Position numbers and translations under genes: made by a program
Shown: positions 10,119 through 20,900 of the stretch, piece by piece
How positions within the stretch are numbered: the stretch's first letter is position 1
Layout: every line of letters begins with the position of its first letter
Assembly: GCA_965279515.1 (NCBI GenBank)
Contig: CBDIID010000003.1
Coordinates: forward strand, 1,056,001 to 1,120,000
Origin: Turneriella sp.
GTDB lineage: Bacteria > Spirochaetota > Leptospiria > Turneriellales > Turneriellaceae
DNA: 64,000 nt
Direction of reading: 5' to 3'
Notes under the pieces: model-generated
The model's input: the letters and a program-made list of their open reading frames with translations, nothing else
Told to the model about the DNA's origin: nothing
The model's database searches: none

Positions 10119-10610
10119 ATGCGGAATAGCTGGCACTATCTCGGATTCGCTACAATGCTGACTTTGGTCGCCTGTTCGGTAAGCGAAGACGCACGAAACA
10201 ACCCGAAAGACCCCAAATACGGCTCAACGGGCAGCGGCGGTAGCGCCAACGGTGCCGACCTGATTATCTCTAGCTTTAACCCGAATACCACCTACACAAA
10301 CAATGTGACTTATAATTTCGCGGTTACTGTGAAAAATCAGGGGAACGTCAACGCCGGCTCCTTTACGGTTGCCGTGGAAACACAGTCATCTGTCAGTTTT
10401 GTTGGCAATGCGTTTTTTTACACGGATAGTTTTGCAGGAAAGACCATCGTCACTTCGCTGGCAGCTGGCGCTTCGACGAGCCTAACTGTTTCGTATAAGC
10501 CGGTTTTTCCGTCAGATGGAATTATTGCCGCATATGCGGATATCAACGAAGTGATTTCCGAGACCAATGAAACGAACAATTACAAGTATAGCAATGTTCT
10601 CATTCAATAG
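10119..10610 (+). CDS. CARDB (Ig-like) domain lipoprotein
   Basis: ATG at 10119 gives a signal peptide with lipobox LVAC; ADLII...VTVKNQG...LAAGAS...D..NEV.ETNE.NN CARDB pattern. Confidence 0.75.
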   Translation: MRNSWHYLGFATMLTLVACSVSEDARNNPKDPKYGSTGSGGSANGADLIISSFNPNTTYTNNVTYNFAVTVKNQGNVNAGSFTVAVETQSSVSFVGNAFFYTDSFAGKTIVTSLAAGASTSLTVSYKPVFPSDGIIAAYADINEVISETNETNNYKYSNVLIQ

Positions 10611-10672
10611 CCGCGTTGTCCAGGGTCTCGGACGCATCGCCGAGATGCTTTTCGAATCTCGCAAAAGGGGGA

Positions 10673-11443
10673 ATGAGTTCAGACAACATGCAAAGACTCT
10701 GCATCTGGTCTGATATCGCGGCTTATTCGGGCGCGTCGTTTTCTACTGGGCGCCATAGTCATTTCCTGACACAGCTTTGCCTTGGAGTGGAGGCTCCGCT
10801 CAGGCTGCGCGGCAGAAATGGAAACTGGCTGGAATACAAGGCCGCTTTTGTACCGCCGGGCATAAGCCATGAAACGGAGAAATCCGCGCACCCATTTATT
10901 CTCATTTTGTTCGACCCCCTGACAATCGGTGCAAATCTTTTTGCCCGACGCCCGATAGCAGAGGGTGAACCTGCGATCGATATCAGTGATGCCTTGAGCG
11001 CGCGGGAAATACAATCGATTGCCGGAACATTGGCTAACCCCACGGGGCAGTCGAAGCTGGAGATTTTACAAATATTACAACGGCACAGAACGGCCCCCGC
11101 CGAACGCCCGATCGATCCGCGCATACAGGTAAGCATGGAAAAGATTGCAAAAGAAAATTCTTCCCTGGCTGATCTGGCAATGACAGCAAGACTCTCCCTC
11201 AGCAGGTTTCGCCACTTGTTCCGCGAAGAGACAGGCATAGCCCTCTCGGGCTACAGAGTCTGGATGAAAACGCGCAAGGCCATCACGATGCTGGGCAAGC
11301 ATCCCGAATTGGCCCACGCTGCCTACCAGGGAGGCTTTGCCGACCAGGCGCATTTCAGTCGTATTTTCCGCCGCTCCTTCGGCATGAGTCCCTCGGAGTT
11401 TAAGAACCATGAAGCATTCCAGATAAGAATATTTCAGGAATAG
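10673..11443 (+). CDS. AraC family transcriptional regulator
   Basis: LSLSRFRHLFREETG and GFADQAHFSRIFRRSFGMSP double HTH; cupin-like N-terminus (RHSH). Start uncertain. Confidence 0.93.
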   Translation: MSSDNMQRLCIWSDIAAYSGASFSTGRHSHFLTQLCLGVEAPLRLRGRNGNWLEYKAAFVPPGISHETEKSAHPFILILFDPLTIGANLFARRPIAEGEPAIDISDALSAREIQSIAGTLANPTGQSKLEILQILQRHRTAPAERPIDPRIQVSMEKIAKENSSLADLAMTARLSLSRFRHLFREETGIALSGYRVWMKTRKAITMLGKHPELAHAAYQGGFADQAHFSRIFRRSFGMSPSEFKNHEAFQIRIFQE

Positions 11444-11489
11444 CCGCTGCGTTCAAGTCGATGCCGCGGGGATTGCTTACTTTGCAGCC

Positions 11490-11891
11490 ATGAATTTCCA
11501 GATGCCAAAATCATTCAGAGATGCTTACAGCGTCGAGTTGAGAAAATACAAAGAGGCTCTACGTCAAAAGCAAATGCGGGAGGCGTGGCGTTTCCTCGAG
11601 CGGGCGCATATTATTGGCCAATACCATCCCGTTTCCCATTCGGGTAGCCATTTGCGGATGCTTCTCTTTGCTGTCCGGACTGCAGATACAAAAGAATTTC
11701 TTGGCCAGTTCATCCGTTTAGCCGGGGGATGGTTTGCTTCGCTGATGAACCGCGTCCCCGTCGGCAATACCGGTGGCGCCAATGTGCCGATTTTTTCTCC
11801 CATGCCGATACCGGAAGATTTGCGGAATTTGCTGTCGGCTACAGATACTACGAGTAAGGGGCTGTCGGGCTTACGAACCACCCGAAAATGA
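11490..11891 (+). CDS. DUF3703-like protein
   Basis: AWRFLERAHIIGQ..P..H..SH..ML, PVGNTGGANV, PMPIPEDL. Confidence 0.8.
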   Translation: MNFQMPKSFRDAYSVELRKYKEALRQKQMREAWRFLERAHIIGQYHPVSHSGSHLRMLLFAVRTADTKEFLGQFIRLAGGWFASLMNRVPVGNTGGANVPIFSPMPIPEDLRNLLSATDTTSKGLSGLRTTRK

Positions 11892-11969
11892 GGGGCAGAT
11901 AAGCGTTATCAGTCTACGGCACCGCAGCGGCACAGCGCGTAAAATTTGTTGGTCGCCGTTGCCATTCGA

Positions 11970-12545
11970 TTACTTAACCGTTACTACAACTGCAGGAATA
12001 CGGCTTATTTTCAAAGGCTGTTGATTATGCTGGCTACTCATGAACCCAGCTGAAGACCAACCCATTTCAACCTCTACGTAGAGCGCATAGAGTCGGCCTC
12101 GTCGCTTGTTCGGCAGAGTGACTTCATCTTTCAGATCAAGAAAGTCTATTTTAAAGATCGGATACTGGTCTAATTGCCCAGTTTTTCTGACATCAATGCC
12201 GTTTTTCGTTGGAAAGAATGTGAACTTAGGGCAATTTGCAAGATTTTGCGGCTGCCACATGTTTATTATCGCGCTAAGATTCTCCACTCCATCTTCACTT
12301 CGCGCCTTTGCAAACAGGCAGAGAATATTTGCAATATCGAGGAATAGATTAATTTCGTTAAGTTCGAATGACGGTTTATCCTTGAAATCCGCTGCTTTTG
12401 TGGGATCATAAATATACCAAGCACCGTAGAGTGATCCAACCGGATAGTTTGCATCGATTAATGGCGGCAGTGGTGTTTTTATACTCGCGCAGCTCAGTAG
12501 AACTATGTTGCAAAAAATCAGGCTTATCCTGACGAAGCAATTCAT
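11970..12545 (-). CDS. Hypothetical lipoprotein
   Basis: ATG at 12545 gives a signal peptide ending LLSC; visibly AT-richer than its neighbours. Confidence 0.6.
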   Translation of the reverse strand: MNCFVRISLIFCNIVLLSCASIKTPLPPLIDANYPVGSLYGAWYIYDPTKAADFKDKPSFELNEINLFLDIANILCLFAKARSEDGVENLSAIINMWQPQNLANCPKFTFFPTKNGIDVRKTGQLDQYPIFKIDFLDLKDEVTLPNKRRGRLYALYVEVEMGWSSAGFMSSQHNQQPLKISRIPAVVVTVK

Positions 12546-12684
12546 ATTATGGCAACGGCGCTCAACACTGATTCTACGCTCACCCTCTCCCACTCTTGCG
12601 CCAACCCCGCCTCATCGGCAAGCGCCGATTACAAAACACTTTGAACCGTTTTCAGCAAGTATGTCGGAGACGCGCCGCGCAACC

Positions 12685-12840
12685 TCAAGTGTCTTTGTCA
12701 GCCGCGCTTCGTTCATTCTCTTTCTTCAGCGCGGCTGTCATCACGGCATTTCGATAATGCAGATACAATGGATAAACAAGGCGCTCGTCGACGGTCAGCG
12801 ATAACAAGAAAGAGCGTTTAGCTTCATTCTTCGCCGCCAT
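12685..12840 (-). CDS. Possible small protein (51 aa), below the ORF-track cut-off
   Basis: Translated by hand: MAAKNEAKRSFLLSLTVDERLVYPLYLHYRNAVMTAALKKENERSAADKDT; GGAG upstream; fills an otherwise empty gap. Confidence 0.3.
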   Translation of the reverse strand: MAAKNEAKRSFLLSLTVDERLVYPLYLHYRNAVMTAALKKENERSAADKDT

Positions 12841-12902
12841 GGTTGCACTCACTCCCATACTATAAAGCTACAGGCCTACGCGCGCACCGTCAATAAAATT
12901 CG

Positions 12903-13904
12903 CTACTTCGCCGGCTCGACCCACATCGTGCCGTAACCAACAAGGTTCGAACCCCACTCGACCCAGCCATAGCCCTGCTCGCCCCAGTACGTGCCCCACG
13001 AATTGCGGATCAGCCACGCGCGCTTCGCATTGTCCCAGCCGACAATGTTGATCGCATGGTTCACGCCGCCAGCATTCGCACCTTCGTTGAAGATGCCGCT
13101 CTTATAGCCCGTGAACATACGCGTCGCATTGATCGCCGTCGCGAGCACGCCGTGGGCGCAGAGAGCATTCTTAATCGCCTGCGGCGCCGCAACACCGTTC
13201 GCGACATAGCCCGATTTCACCACGATAAAATTACCGTCGGGCGTGACGTTCTTGCACATGCCTTTTTTTGCCTGATAAGGATAATTCGTCTCCACATCGC
13301 CGTTCATCTTTTTCATCTTATCCCAAACCGTGCCATACCAGCCGCCGTCGCAGCCGAACTCGCGCGTGCAGTTCAGGAAATACTGCTCTGCCATATCGAC
13401 CGATTGCCGTGTCTGAATCAGGTGAGCACTTTCATACGAGGCCATCGCTGAGAACATATAACAATCCCCGCAGGATTTCTGGTCGCGCACCGCAGGTACA
13501 ACACCGTGCGCGCGCCAGTCAAACGACTCGGCATTGGGATTGCACTTGCTGCGCGGATCTTCGGTCGGTACCGGCGGTACGGGTTCTGGCGCCGGCTCAG
13601 GTTCTGGCTTGGGATTCGGCTTCGGCGGTTTCGGCGGTTTGAGGCCCGTGATATCCTTCATTTTTTCTTTCATCTTCTCGTTGATCTCAACCTGAAAGTT
13701 CAAACCCTTCTTTTTTATTTCATCGCGCATGCCGTTGATCTCTTCGCGCATCTTCTGCATCATCGCGTCATTCTGAGAGCGCATCGACTCGAGTTTGCCG
13801 GCGTTCGCCTTTTTCAAATCGTCGTAACTCTGCGAAGAAAGTGCGGTAACGGCGACGCATGCGCCTATGACGAGGGGGGATATCCACCGGTTCTGTGATT
13901 TCAT
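12903..13904 (-). CDS. Secreted papain-family (C1A) cysteine protease with pro-region and Pro-rich linker
   Basis: FDWR, RDQKSCGDCY (oxyanion Q and catalytic C), GCDGG, NHAINIVGW (H), IRNSWG (N), WGEQGY. Confidence 0.92.
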   Translation of the reverse strand: MKSQNRWISPLVIGACVAVTALSSQSYDDLKKANAGKLESMRSQNDAMMQKMREEINGMRDEIKKKGLNFQVEINEKMKEKMKDITGLKPPKPPKPNPKPEPEPAPEPVPPVPTEDPRSKCNPNAESFDWRAHGVVPAVRDQKSCGDCYMFSAMASYESAHLIQTRQSVDMAEQYFLNCTREFGCDGGWYGTVWDKMKKMNGDVETNYPYQAKKGMCKNVTPDGNFIVVKSGYVANGVAAPQAIKNALCAHGVLATAINATRMFTGYKSGIFNEGANAGGVNHAINIVGWDNAKRAWLIRNSWGTYWGEQGYGWVEWGSNLVGYGTMWVEPAK

Positions 13905-14099
13905 ACCCTAATGAGACGTTTCACACAGCAATGTAAAGACCATTTTTTTCCGCCGCAAACCATCCGCGTAAAAAAAACCGACCTTTTTCACACCCAGAAA
14001 CGTCTAAAACATATCAAAAAAGGCCCTTTCGGCTTGACCCGTGACGCGCCCCGTGCGATACGGGGGTAATCCCAAAGGGAAAAATTGATAGGAGAAAAT

Positions 14100-14576
14100 A
14101 TGAAGAAATTAGCGTATTCTGCTTTTTTTGCAGTGGCGTTCCTCGCAACATACTGCGGTTCTAAAGGAAATTTGACCGATATTAGTCAGGGCGAAGGCTC
14201 TGTAGACTCACTCGAAGAAGGTTTTGTCGGCGATGACAAACTGATCGTAAAAGGTGACGGCGTATCTACACCGGGCCTGAAAACCAACCTGCAAAAAGAA
14301 GCTGCGGCGAAAGAAGCTGCACGCATCGACGGACAACGTAAAGTTATCGAAATCTGCCGCGGCGCAAACATCCAGGCTGCAGCAACGGTTGACAACTTCG
14401 CACTCGCTGGTTCTGCTGTAGGTAAAGACCTCGCAGGCCGCATGAAAGGCGCGAAAGTGAAAAAAGCCAACTGCAAACCAGACGGCGACCAAATTGGCTG
14501 CAAAGTACTGATGGAAATCGAAAAGAAAAACATCAAGAAAGACTGCGAATTGGCAATGTCTGACTTGGCGAAATAA
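14100..14576 (+). CDS. LipL21/LPP20-like lipoprotein
   Basis: SD AGGAG; MKK signal peptide with ATYC lipobox; KEAARIDG..KVIE...G..I.AA..V....G.MKG pattern recalls leptospiral LipL21 (recognised from memory). Confidence 0.6.
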   Translation: MKKLAYSAFFAVAFLATYCGSKGNLTDISQGEGSVDSLEEGFVGDDKLIVKGDGVSTPGLKTNLQKEAAAKEAARIDGQRKVIEICRGANIQAAATVDNFALAGSAVGKDLAGRMKGAKVKKANCKPDGDQIGCKVLMEIEKKNIKKDCELAMSDLAK

Positions 14577-14599
14577 TCTTTCTTAACGAAAGATTAGTC

Positions 14600-14623
14600 A
14601 AGGGGGCTTCGGCCCCTTTTTTT
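14600..14623 (+). terminator. Rho-independent terminator
   Basis: GGGGC-TTCG-GCCCC followed by T7; preceded by a second hairpin, TAATCTTTC/GAAAGATTA (14574-14596). Confidence 0.85.
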
Positions 14624-14628
14624 ACGCC

Positions 14629-16377
14629 CTAGTCTTCGGCTTCGCGATGCATCTCGCGGGGGGCAGTGATGCCCATGAGGCTGAGTCCCGTTTCCAGGAC
14701 CTGCGCCGCCAGCGAGCAAAGCGTCAAGAGCGCCGCTGCTTCTTCTTGATTCGAGTTCAGTAAATCTTTGATACGGTTATTTTTACCGTGGTAAAATGAC
14801 GTGAACAGCGTGGCGCTCTGGTAGAGATATTCGGGCAGACGCTGGATTTCATAGTTGCGGGCGATATCCTGCACCAGCTCGGGAAAACGCATGAGGTAAA
14901 AGAACAAAGCCTGGCGCTCGGTTTTTCCTTCGCCCAGAATATGATTCAGAGCTCCGGTAAGATCGAGCGGTTTGGTGGCATCATGCCCCGCCTCTCTAAA
15001 TATCGAGTGTATCCGCGCATGCGCGTACTGCAGATAATAGACCGGGTTCTTTTTTGACTGATCGAGCGCCAGCGTCAGGTCAAAGTCGAGGTGGGTGCTG
15101 AGTGCACGCGTCACAAAAAAGTAACGGCAGACATCCACGGGAATTTTTTCGATGAGATCGCGCATCGTCTGGAACTTGCCCAGGCGCTTACTCATCACGA
15201 CCGGCTCACCGTTTTCGAGCAGGTTGACCTGCTGCGCGATAATGACCTTGAAGCTTTCACCGGCTTTTTCGCCGAAGCCTAAAGCCTTGAGCGCACCCGA
15301 AAGGCGGGAGATATAACCATGGTGGTCAGGCCCCCAGATATCGACGATCGTCTTAAAACCGCGCTCGACCTTGGTGTTGTGGTAGGCGATGTCGGCCAGA
15401 AGGTATGTCGGCCGACCGTCGGAGCGCACAATGACACGATCCTTATCGTCGCCGTATTCGGTGCTGAGGAAGACCTGGGCACCCTCTTCCGTCTTGATCT
15501 TACCTTTCTTTTGCAGCGTCTCGCCAATCGCCAGCACAGCGCCCTTCTCATGCAGCGATGCTTCAGAGAAAAAATTATCGAATTCGGTGCGAAAGGCAGC
15601 GAGATCCTTTTGTTGTTCGCCCAGAATCGCGCGGATGCCCAACGGCGAGAAGAATTTGCCTGCCGCAGCGAGCCATTCACTCTCGTTAAGCGCAGCAATT
15701 TTTGATTCTGTCAGGAGTACCGTTTCGGGTATTTTTTCCGTAGTGAGCAGGCGATCCAGATACTCGATGATGTACTCACCCTGGTAGCAGTTTTCGGGCA
15801 GGTCGACGGATTTAAATTTTTGCAGATAGCGGTAAGCAAACGACAGACCGAGCATGTCGACCTGGTTGCCATAGTCATTCACATAATATTCGCGGTGCAC
15901 ATCATGCCCTGCGGCTTTGAGCATACGTGTAATGCTGTCACCCACCGATGCGGCGCGCGCGGAAACAATATTCATGGGTCCCGTGGGGTTAGCAGAAACA
16001 TATTCGAAGATAATTTTTTCCTGGGCGGTCTCGTTTTGAGAACCATTGAGCCAGGCGCTGAGCGTTGTGAAATTCAATGCCTGCGCGAGTCCCGCGCTAT
16101 TCAGCGTGAAGTTGATAAAACCAGCGCCCGCTAATTCGATTTTTTCGAGGTGCGTCTTGTCCAGTTCGGCAAGAATTTTTTCGGCGATCGCGCGCGGCGG
16201 CAGCTTAAAGACTTTCGCAAGCTCCATCGCCGCCGGTGTCGCATAGTGACCGAATTTGAGATCAGGGGTGTAATCGATGCGCGGCGCAAAACCTTCGGGC
16301 AAGGCCACACCGAGACCGGCTGCCGCACGACGGGAGGCCTCAGTGACGAGTTGTCGGATAACAAAGCGGAGCGTCAT
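14629..16377 (-). CDS. argS: Arginine--tRNA ligase
   Basis: FGHYAT, AGAGFIN, EYVSANPTGP, EYYVNDYGNQ, DKDRV, WGPDHHGY, MSKR, YLQYAHARI. Confidence 0.97.
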   Translation of the reverse strand: MTLRFVIRQLVTEASRRAAAGLGVALPEGFAPRIDYTPDLKFGHYATPAAMELAKVFKLPPRAIAEKILAELDKTHLEKIELAGAGFINFTLNSAGLAQALNFTTLSAWLNGSQNETAQEKIIFEYVSANPTGPMNIVSARAASVGDSITRMLKAAGHDVHREYYVNDYGNQVDMLGLSFAYRYLQKFKSVDLPENCYQGEYIIEYLDRLLTTEKIPETVLLTESKIAALNESEWLAAAGKFFSPLGIRAILGEQQKDLAAFRTEFDNFFSEASLHEKGAVLAIGETLQKKGKIKTEEGAQVFLSTEYGDDKDRVIVRSDGRPTYLLADIAYHNTKVERGFKTIVDIWGPDHHGYISRLSGALKALGFGEKAGESFKVIIAQQVNLLENGEPVVMSKRLGKFQTMRDLIEKIPVDVCRYFFVTRALSTHLDFDLTLALDQSKKNPVYYLQYAHARIHSIFREAGHDATKPLDLTGALNHILGEGKTERQALFFYLMRFPELVQDIARNYEIQRLPEYLYQSATLFTSFYHGKNNRIKDLLNSNQEEAAALLTLCSLAAQVLETGLSLMGITAPREMHREAED

Positions 16378-16402
16378 GCGATCACAGCGGCTTTAACGGA
16401 TC

Positions 16403-17257
16403 TTATAAAGAGAACTCGAAACCTTCGGGAATCATTGCCGCCGTCGGGAACAGTTTTTTCGCGTCGGCTTCCATCTGCATCAGGGTGTTGTCTGAATGCA
16501 GCGGATCGTGGTGTATCATGTGTAAATTTTTCACTCCGCCGCCCTTGCAGATCTGGATACCACTTTCATAGGTCGAGTGGCCCCAACCGATCTTGCCCGC
16601 ATCGTATTCCGCGACAGTATACTGGCAGTCATAGGCTAAAACATCGGCGCCTTTACAGAAGACGGCGAGTTTTTCAATCATCTCGGCGTTGTGCTCGACG
16701 TCCGTTGAAAAGATGAAGGATTTTCCCCCGGCGTCAAAACGGAAAGCCAGCGTCGAATTCGGGTGGTGCAGCGAGAAACACGAGACCTCGATCTCGCCGA
16801 TTTTTAATTTCGTTTCGGGTGTGATTTCATGGAAGGTCTTGTTCGAAGACATATATTTCGTGCCGACGGGAAAATAGATGAAATGCTGCTGCATTTTCAG
16901 CGCCTTTTCAATCGTCCAACTCTCATCTTCGCCATCGAGCCCCGGTACGGTCTTGGTTTGACCATAGACGTCGAGGGTGACATTGGGCAAGAACGCCGGT
17001 ACAAAGAACGGAAAGCCCTGGATATGGTCCCAGTGGGTGTGTGTGAAGAGCATGTGGATGCGCCCGCCGGTTTTGGGTAAGTCGCCGCGCATCAGCTCGA
17101 GGCCGAGAATACGGATACCCGTGCCTGCATCGATGACAATCTTTGTATCTTTGTACTGCACATAACAACAAGTGGTATTGCCGCCGAAACGGTTGAATTC
17201 CGCACCGCTGGTGGGCAGGGATCCGCGAACGCCGTAATATTTTATTTTCAATGACAC
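16403..17257 (-). CDS. MBL-fold metallo-hydrolase
   Basis: GVRGS.P...GGNT.C, DAGTG, THTHWDHIQG, TDVEH, WGHS, HHDP; GTG at 17257 is the likely start. Confidence 0.9.
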   Translation of the reverse strand: MSLKIKYYGVRGSLPTSGAEFNRFGGNTTCCYVQYKDTKIVIDAGTGIRILGLELMRGDLPKTGGRIHMLFTHTHWDHIQGFPFFVPAFLPNVTLDVYGQTKTVPGLDGEDESWTIEKALKMQQHFIYFPVGTKYMSSNKTFHEITPETKLKIGEIEVSCFSLHHPNSTLAFRFDAGGKSFIFSTDVEHNAEMIEKLAVFCKGADVLAYDCQYTVAEYDAGKIGWGHSTYESGIQICKGGGVKNLHMIHHDPLHSDNTLMQMEADAKKLFPTAAMIPEGFEFSL

Positions 17258-17291
17258 GCTTTTTCTAATATCGTTCGCACGGGGGGATAAA

Positions 17292-17957
17292 CTGAACGCA
17301 GGCCAATCCATAAACGCGACCGCCGACGTAAAACGCTTCACGAGTCGTTACGCCTTTCCCCCGACCTCGACACTCGGCGATGGCATGTATCTCGGCGCCG
17401 GCGCCGACCTGGAAGTAGATACGCTGCTCTACGCCTACAGCCACGGCTTTTTCCCCTGGTATGAAAAGGCGCCGATCCTGTGGTGTTCTCCACCCGACCG
17501 GATGATCCTCCGGGGTGGTGAGCTGCACATCAACCGCAGCATGCGCCGCGTATTGAAAAAGTCAGACCACGCCCTGCGCAAGAATACCGCGTTTGCCGAT
17601 GTCATCCGCCTCTGCGCCGACCTGCGCGAAGAGACGTGGATCACCCCCGAAATGATCGCTGCATACACACGGCTCCACGACGCCGGCTGGGCGCACTCGT
17701 GGGAAACCTTCGACAACGAAAGGCTGGTCGGCGGCATCTACGGTGTTGTGATGGGTGGTGCGGCGTTTCTCGAATCGACTTTTCATCTCGAACCCAATGC
17801 GGGCAAAGAGGCTTTCGTGGCGATGTATGACGACCTGACTGAGCGTGGCATCCACCTGTTTGATTTTCAGGTACATTCAGAGATTGCAGAATCTTTCGGC
17901 GCCTACGAAGTCGGGCGCAGCCAGTTTGAAAAATATCTCGCCCGGGCGCTCGCCTGA
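17292..17957 (+). CDS. aat: Leucyl/phenylalanyl-tRNA--protein transferase
   Basis: LLYAYSHGFFPW, WCSP..R, TWIT, AHSWE, LVGGIYG, FLES.F, DFQ. The frame is open upstream of ATG 17385 (..FPP..DG..); CTG 17292 start proposed. Confidence 0.88.
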   Translation: MNAGQSINATADVKRFTSRYAFPPTSTLGDGMYLGAGADLEVDTLLYAYSHGFFPWYEKAPILWCSPPDRMILRGGELHINRSMRRVLKKSDHALRKNTAFADVIRLCADLREETWITPEMIAAYTRLHDAGWAHSWETFDNERLVGGIYGVVMGGAAFLESTFHLEPNAGKEAFVAMYDDLTERGIHLFDFQVHSEIAESFGAYEVGRSQFEKYLARALA

Positions 17958-20900
17958 TGGCATTTTATTACCACAAGGCACATAGCCTCGGTGTCCTGTT
18001 TCCCGAACTCTACCGGCTGATCAAAGAAGAACGTAAGACCCTGCGGCCCCAGACCCCGCAAACCATCATCGTGGGCAGCCTCGATGTCGAAGCGTGGATT
18101 GAGGAAAAATTCATCGAACATGACGGCGTGCTCATGGGAGTGCATTTCCCTTTTCTCGAAACAGCACTCGAAACTTTTGCGGAACGACAGACCGCTGCCA
18201 TATTTCCCGGGGCGCATGAGTCATGGTTTTCGGTGATACCAGGCCTTAAGCGCGCAAAAAAAGCGGGCATGCTGCAACTCGAATTGGCAGTGCTGAATCT
18301 GCTCATGGCGGCGCGCGAAGAAAATCCTGCTGTTATTTTCGAATATGACATTCAAAATCTGGGCCCCCTGCAATTGCTGACGCTGGCACAGCGCATCGCC
18401 CGGGAAATCCGCGAGTATCTGCTGCACGCCCCCGATGCGATGGAGAAATTTCTGCGCGGGAAACCCACGGCAGCAATCGGGAAAATATGGAAGGTCGTCA
18501 ACGCAGAACTGCGGCAGGCCGGATATGTTTCAGGAATGTTTTCCGGCAACCGCGACGCGAAAGAAAAAGCAGAGGAACCTTCTCTTTTCAGCACCGCGCA
18601 GGGAGGCGGCTCGCTTTATCTTTTTGGCATGCCGGTACTTTCGGCCTATCATATCCGCAAACTCTGCGCCGTCGCACGCACTGTCGATGTCCATCTGCTT
18701 GGTGTCCACCCGGAAACCGGTTCCCGAATCCACAATGACTACTACTTTTCCGTCGCAAAAATTTACGCGGCCTATGCGGCATTCCTCGCTAAAACGGCAA
18801 AAAGTCTCGACACACAATTTTCGGAAATTTCACATAGTTCGAATTTTTCTGCCTGGCAAAAAGCCTGGCTTGAAGATAAAGCCATGGATGCACCGGTACA
18901 GAGCCCGGTATCATTTCTGGGCCTTCCCGGCCTGTGGCGCGGCGCTGAAATCATTGCCGATCTCTGGCATCAAGAAATGCGCAACGATGCGGCGATCCGC
19001 CAGGATGATTTTTCGCTCATGCTGACCGACCCTGCGGGTCAGTTTCCTGCATTTGACAAAGCCTGCGGTTCGCGGCGGCTCGCTGTCTTTGCGCGCAACC
19101 GGCTCTTTGAGCGCCCGCATAGCATCGTAGAGCTGATCTCGGTACTTGCCAGCGCTTCGGGTGACGGCGTGAACCGGGATCTGCTGGTGCGGTATTTTTC
19201 GAATGCAGTGGTGTGCGAAAGATTCCGCCTCGATAGCGAAAAGACCAACCTCTATATCCGTGCGCTCACCGAAGCGAATGGTTTTCGCAACGACTATCCG
19301 GGAGCTCTCGGCATCTTCAATCTGACAGCGGCACTGGATCGCATCAGGCGCGCCCTCCTCATCGATCCGCCGACTGCTGTCGGTGACGGCATTCCCGGTG
19401 CGACGTATATCCGCAGCCTGGATACGGCAGAAACGCTCAGCGAATTTTTAAGCTGCCTTGAAATACTGACACAAGTGTCTGTAATACTAAAACCTCAGCC
19501 AGGCGCCGAGCTGGTCAGACAGCTTATCGCCTTCCTCCATAAATTCCAAAGTGAGCCTTCGCCTGAATTTAATGCAATCGCCGAAGCGCTCACGGAAATC
19601 GCGGCACTCATCCCCAACCATAACTTGAGCCTTCAGCAGGTTGCGCGGATGCTCATCCGGAATATTCCGGGAAAAAATCTCTCGCAGAGCGCCCAACGGC
19701 AGGGCATCTGCGCGTCGCCGCTGAGCTCCCCCGCGCCTTTCAGGCGGTCGGTTACCCTGTGCGACATGAACGAAGAGCTCGACGCCGCACCGGAAAACGA
19801 AGAGGGTATGCTGCCCGAGTACCTCATCTCGCCCACCCGCCTGAAAAAAACTGACCAGGTTGCAATTCACCTGGTACACGCGGCGCTCAGCGAAACCGCG
19901 GCGCTGCAAATCTGTTATTCCCGCTTTGATCCCAAAACCGGCGCAGAGAAATACCGCAGCGTCGAAGTGGAACGCTTTAAGGCTTCATTGGCAGCGAGGA
20001 AGATTATTTTTGCGGAAACGGACGGCTTCCCGCAAACCATTTTCGACGCCGCGCCGGGTTTTGCCCCCAATGCAGCGGATGCCGATGTCAGGACGGTGAG
20101 GCTGTCCTACACAAAGGCTGTCGCCGAACTGAACTTGGCTCAGGCCTTGCTTCCGGCCTTGCAGGTTAAGGAACCCGCCGCAGACCTGACGGTTAAAAAC
20201 CTGATCGATTATGTGCAGAAGCCTTTCCAGTTTTTTTACGGCCGCATCACAACGCTGCCTGAAGATCCGGCGGATTTCCGCTTTGGCGAACCTAAACTTG
20301 CCGAGAGCAAGAGTTTTAAGTTCCGTTTTGCCGAAAATTACCTGAAACAAGCGGTGCTTGCGCCGCGGGCTATCCCCCTGGATAATCCTCTTTCACTCTT
20401 CGCCGCAGAACAACTCAAGGGCATTGCCGAACCCGAGGGTTTTGATTTCATGCACCGGCTGTTATCTTCAGGTAACAATGAGCGCATACTCATCGCTGCC
20501 GCCGAAGCCGCGCAGAATAGATTTCACATCATCGAGTACCTCTTCGACACGCGAATCAAAACAGCCTTTTCCGTAAAAGAAGGTGAGCGCTTAACACGGC
20601 GCTATCTGCCGGCGCCAAAGATCGGTTCCGTTACTATCACGGGAAGCACGGACAAATTTCTTGTCACCGCTGAAGATAGTTATCTCTACTTGGCAGGCTC
20701 TTTTAAAGACGGCGACAGGACAAAACATTGCGTCGGCGCCTACCTGCAACTGGCGGTGATCCTCACGGCAACCGCTAATTTTCCCGAACAGGCCCCTGCG
20801 GGCATTAAGCTCATGCAATATGAAATCAAAATCAGCGACGCGGAAAAATCTGCTGTCGAAATATCATCGGCAATAAAATTTTCACTGGATGCGGAAAAAA

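Noticed and set aside
13560..13645. Short tandem repeats (TTCGGCGGT, GGTTCTGGC)
   Set aside because: They simply encode the Pro-rich linker of the protease; not CRISPR or a contingency locus.
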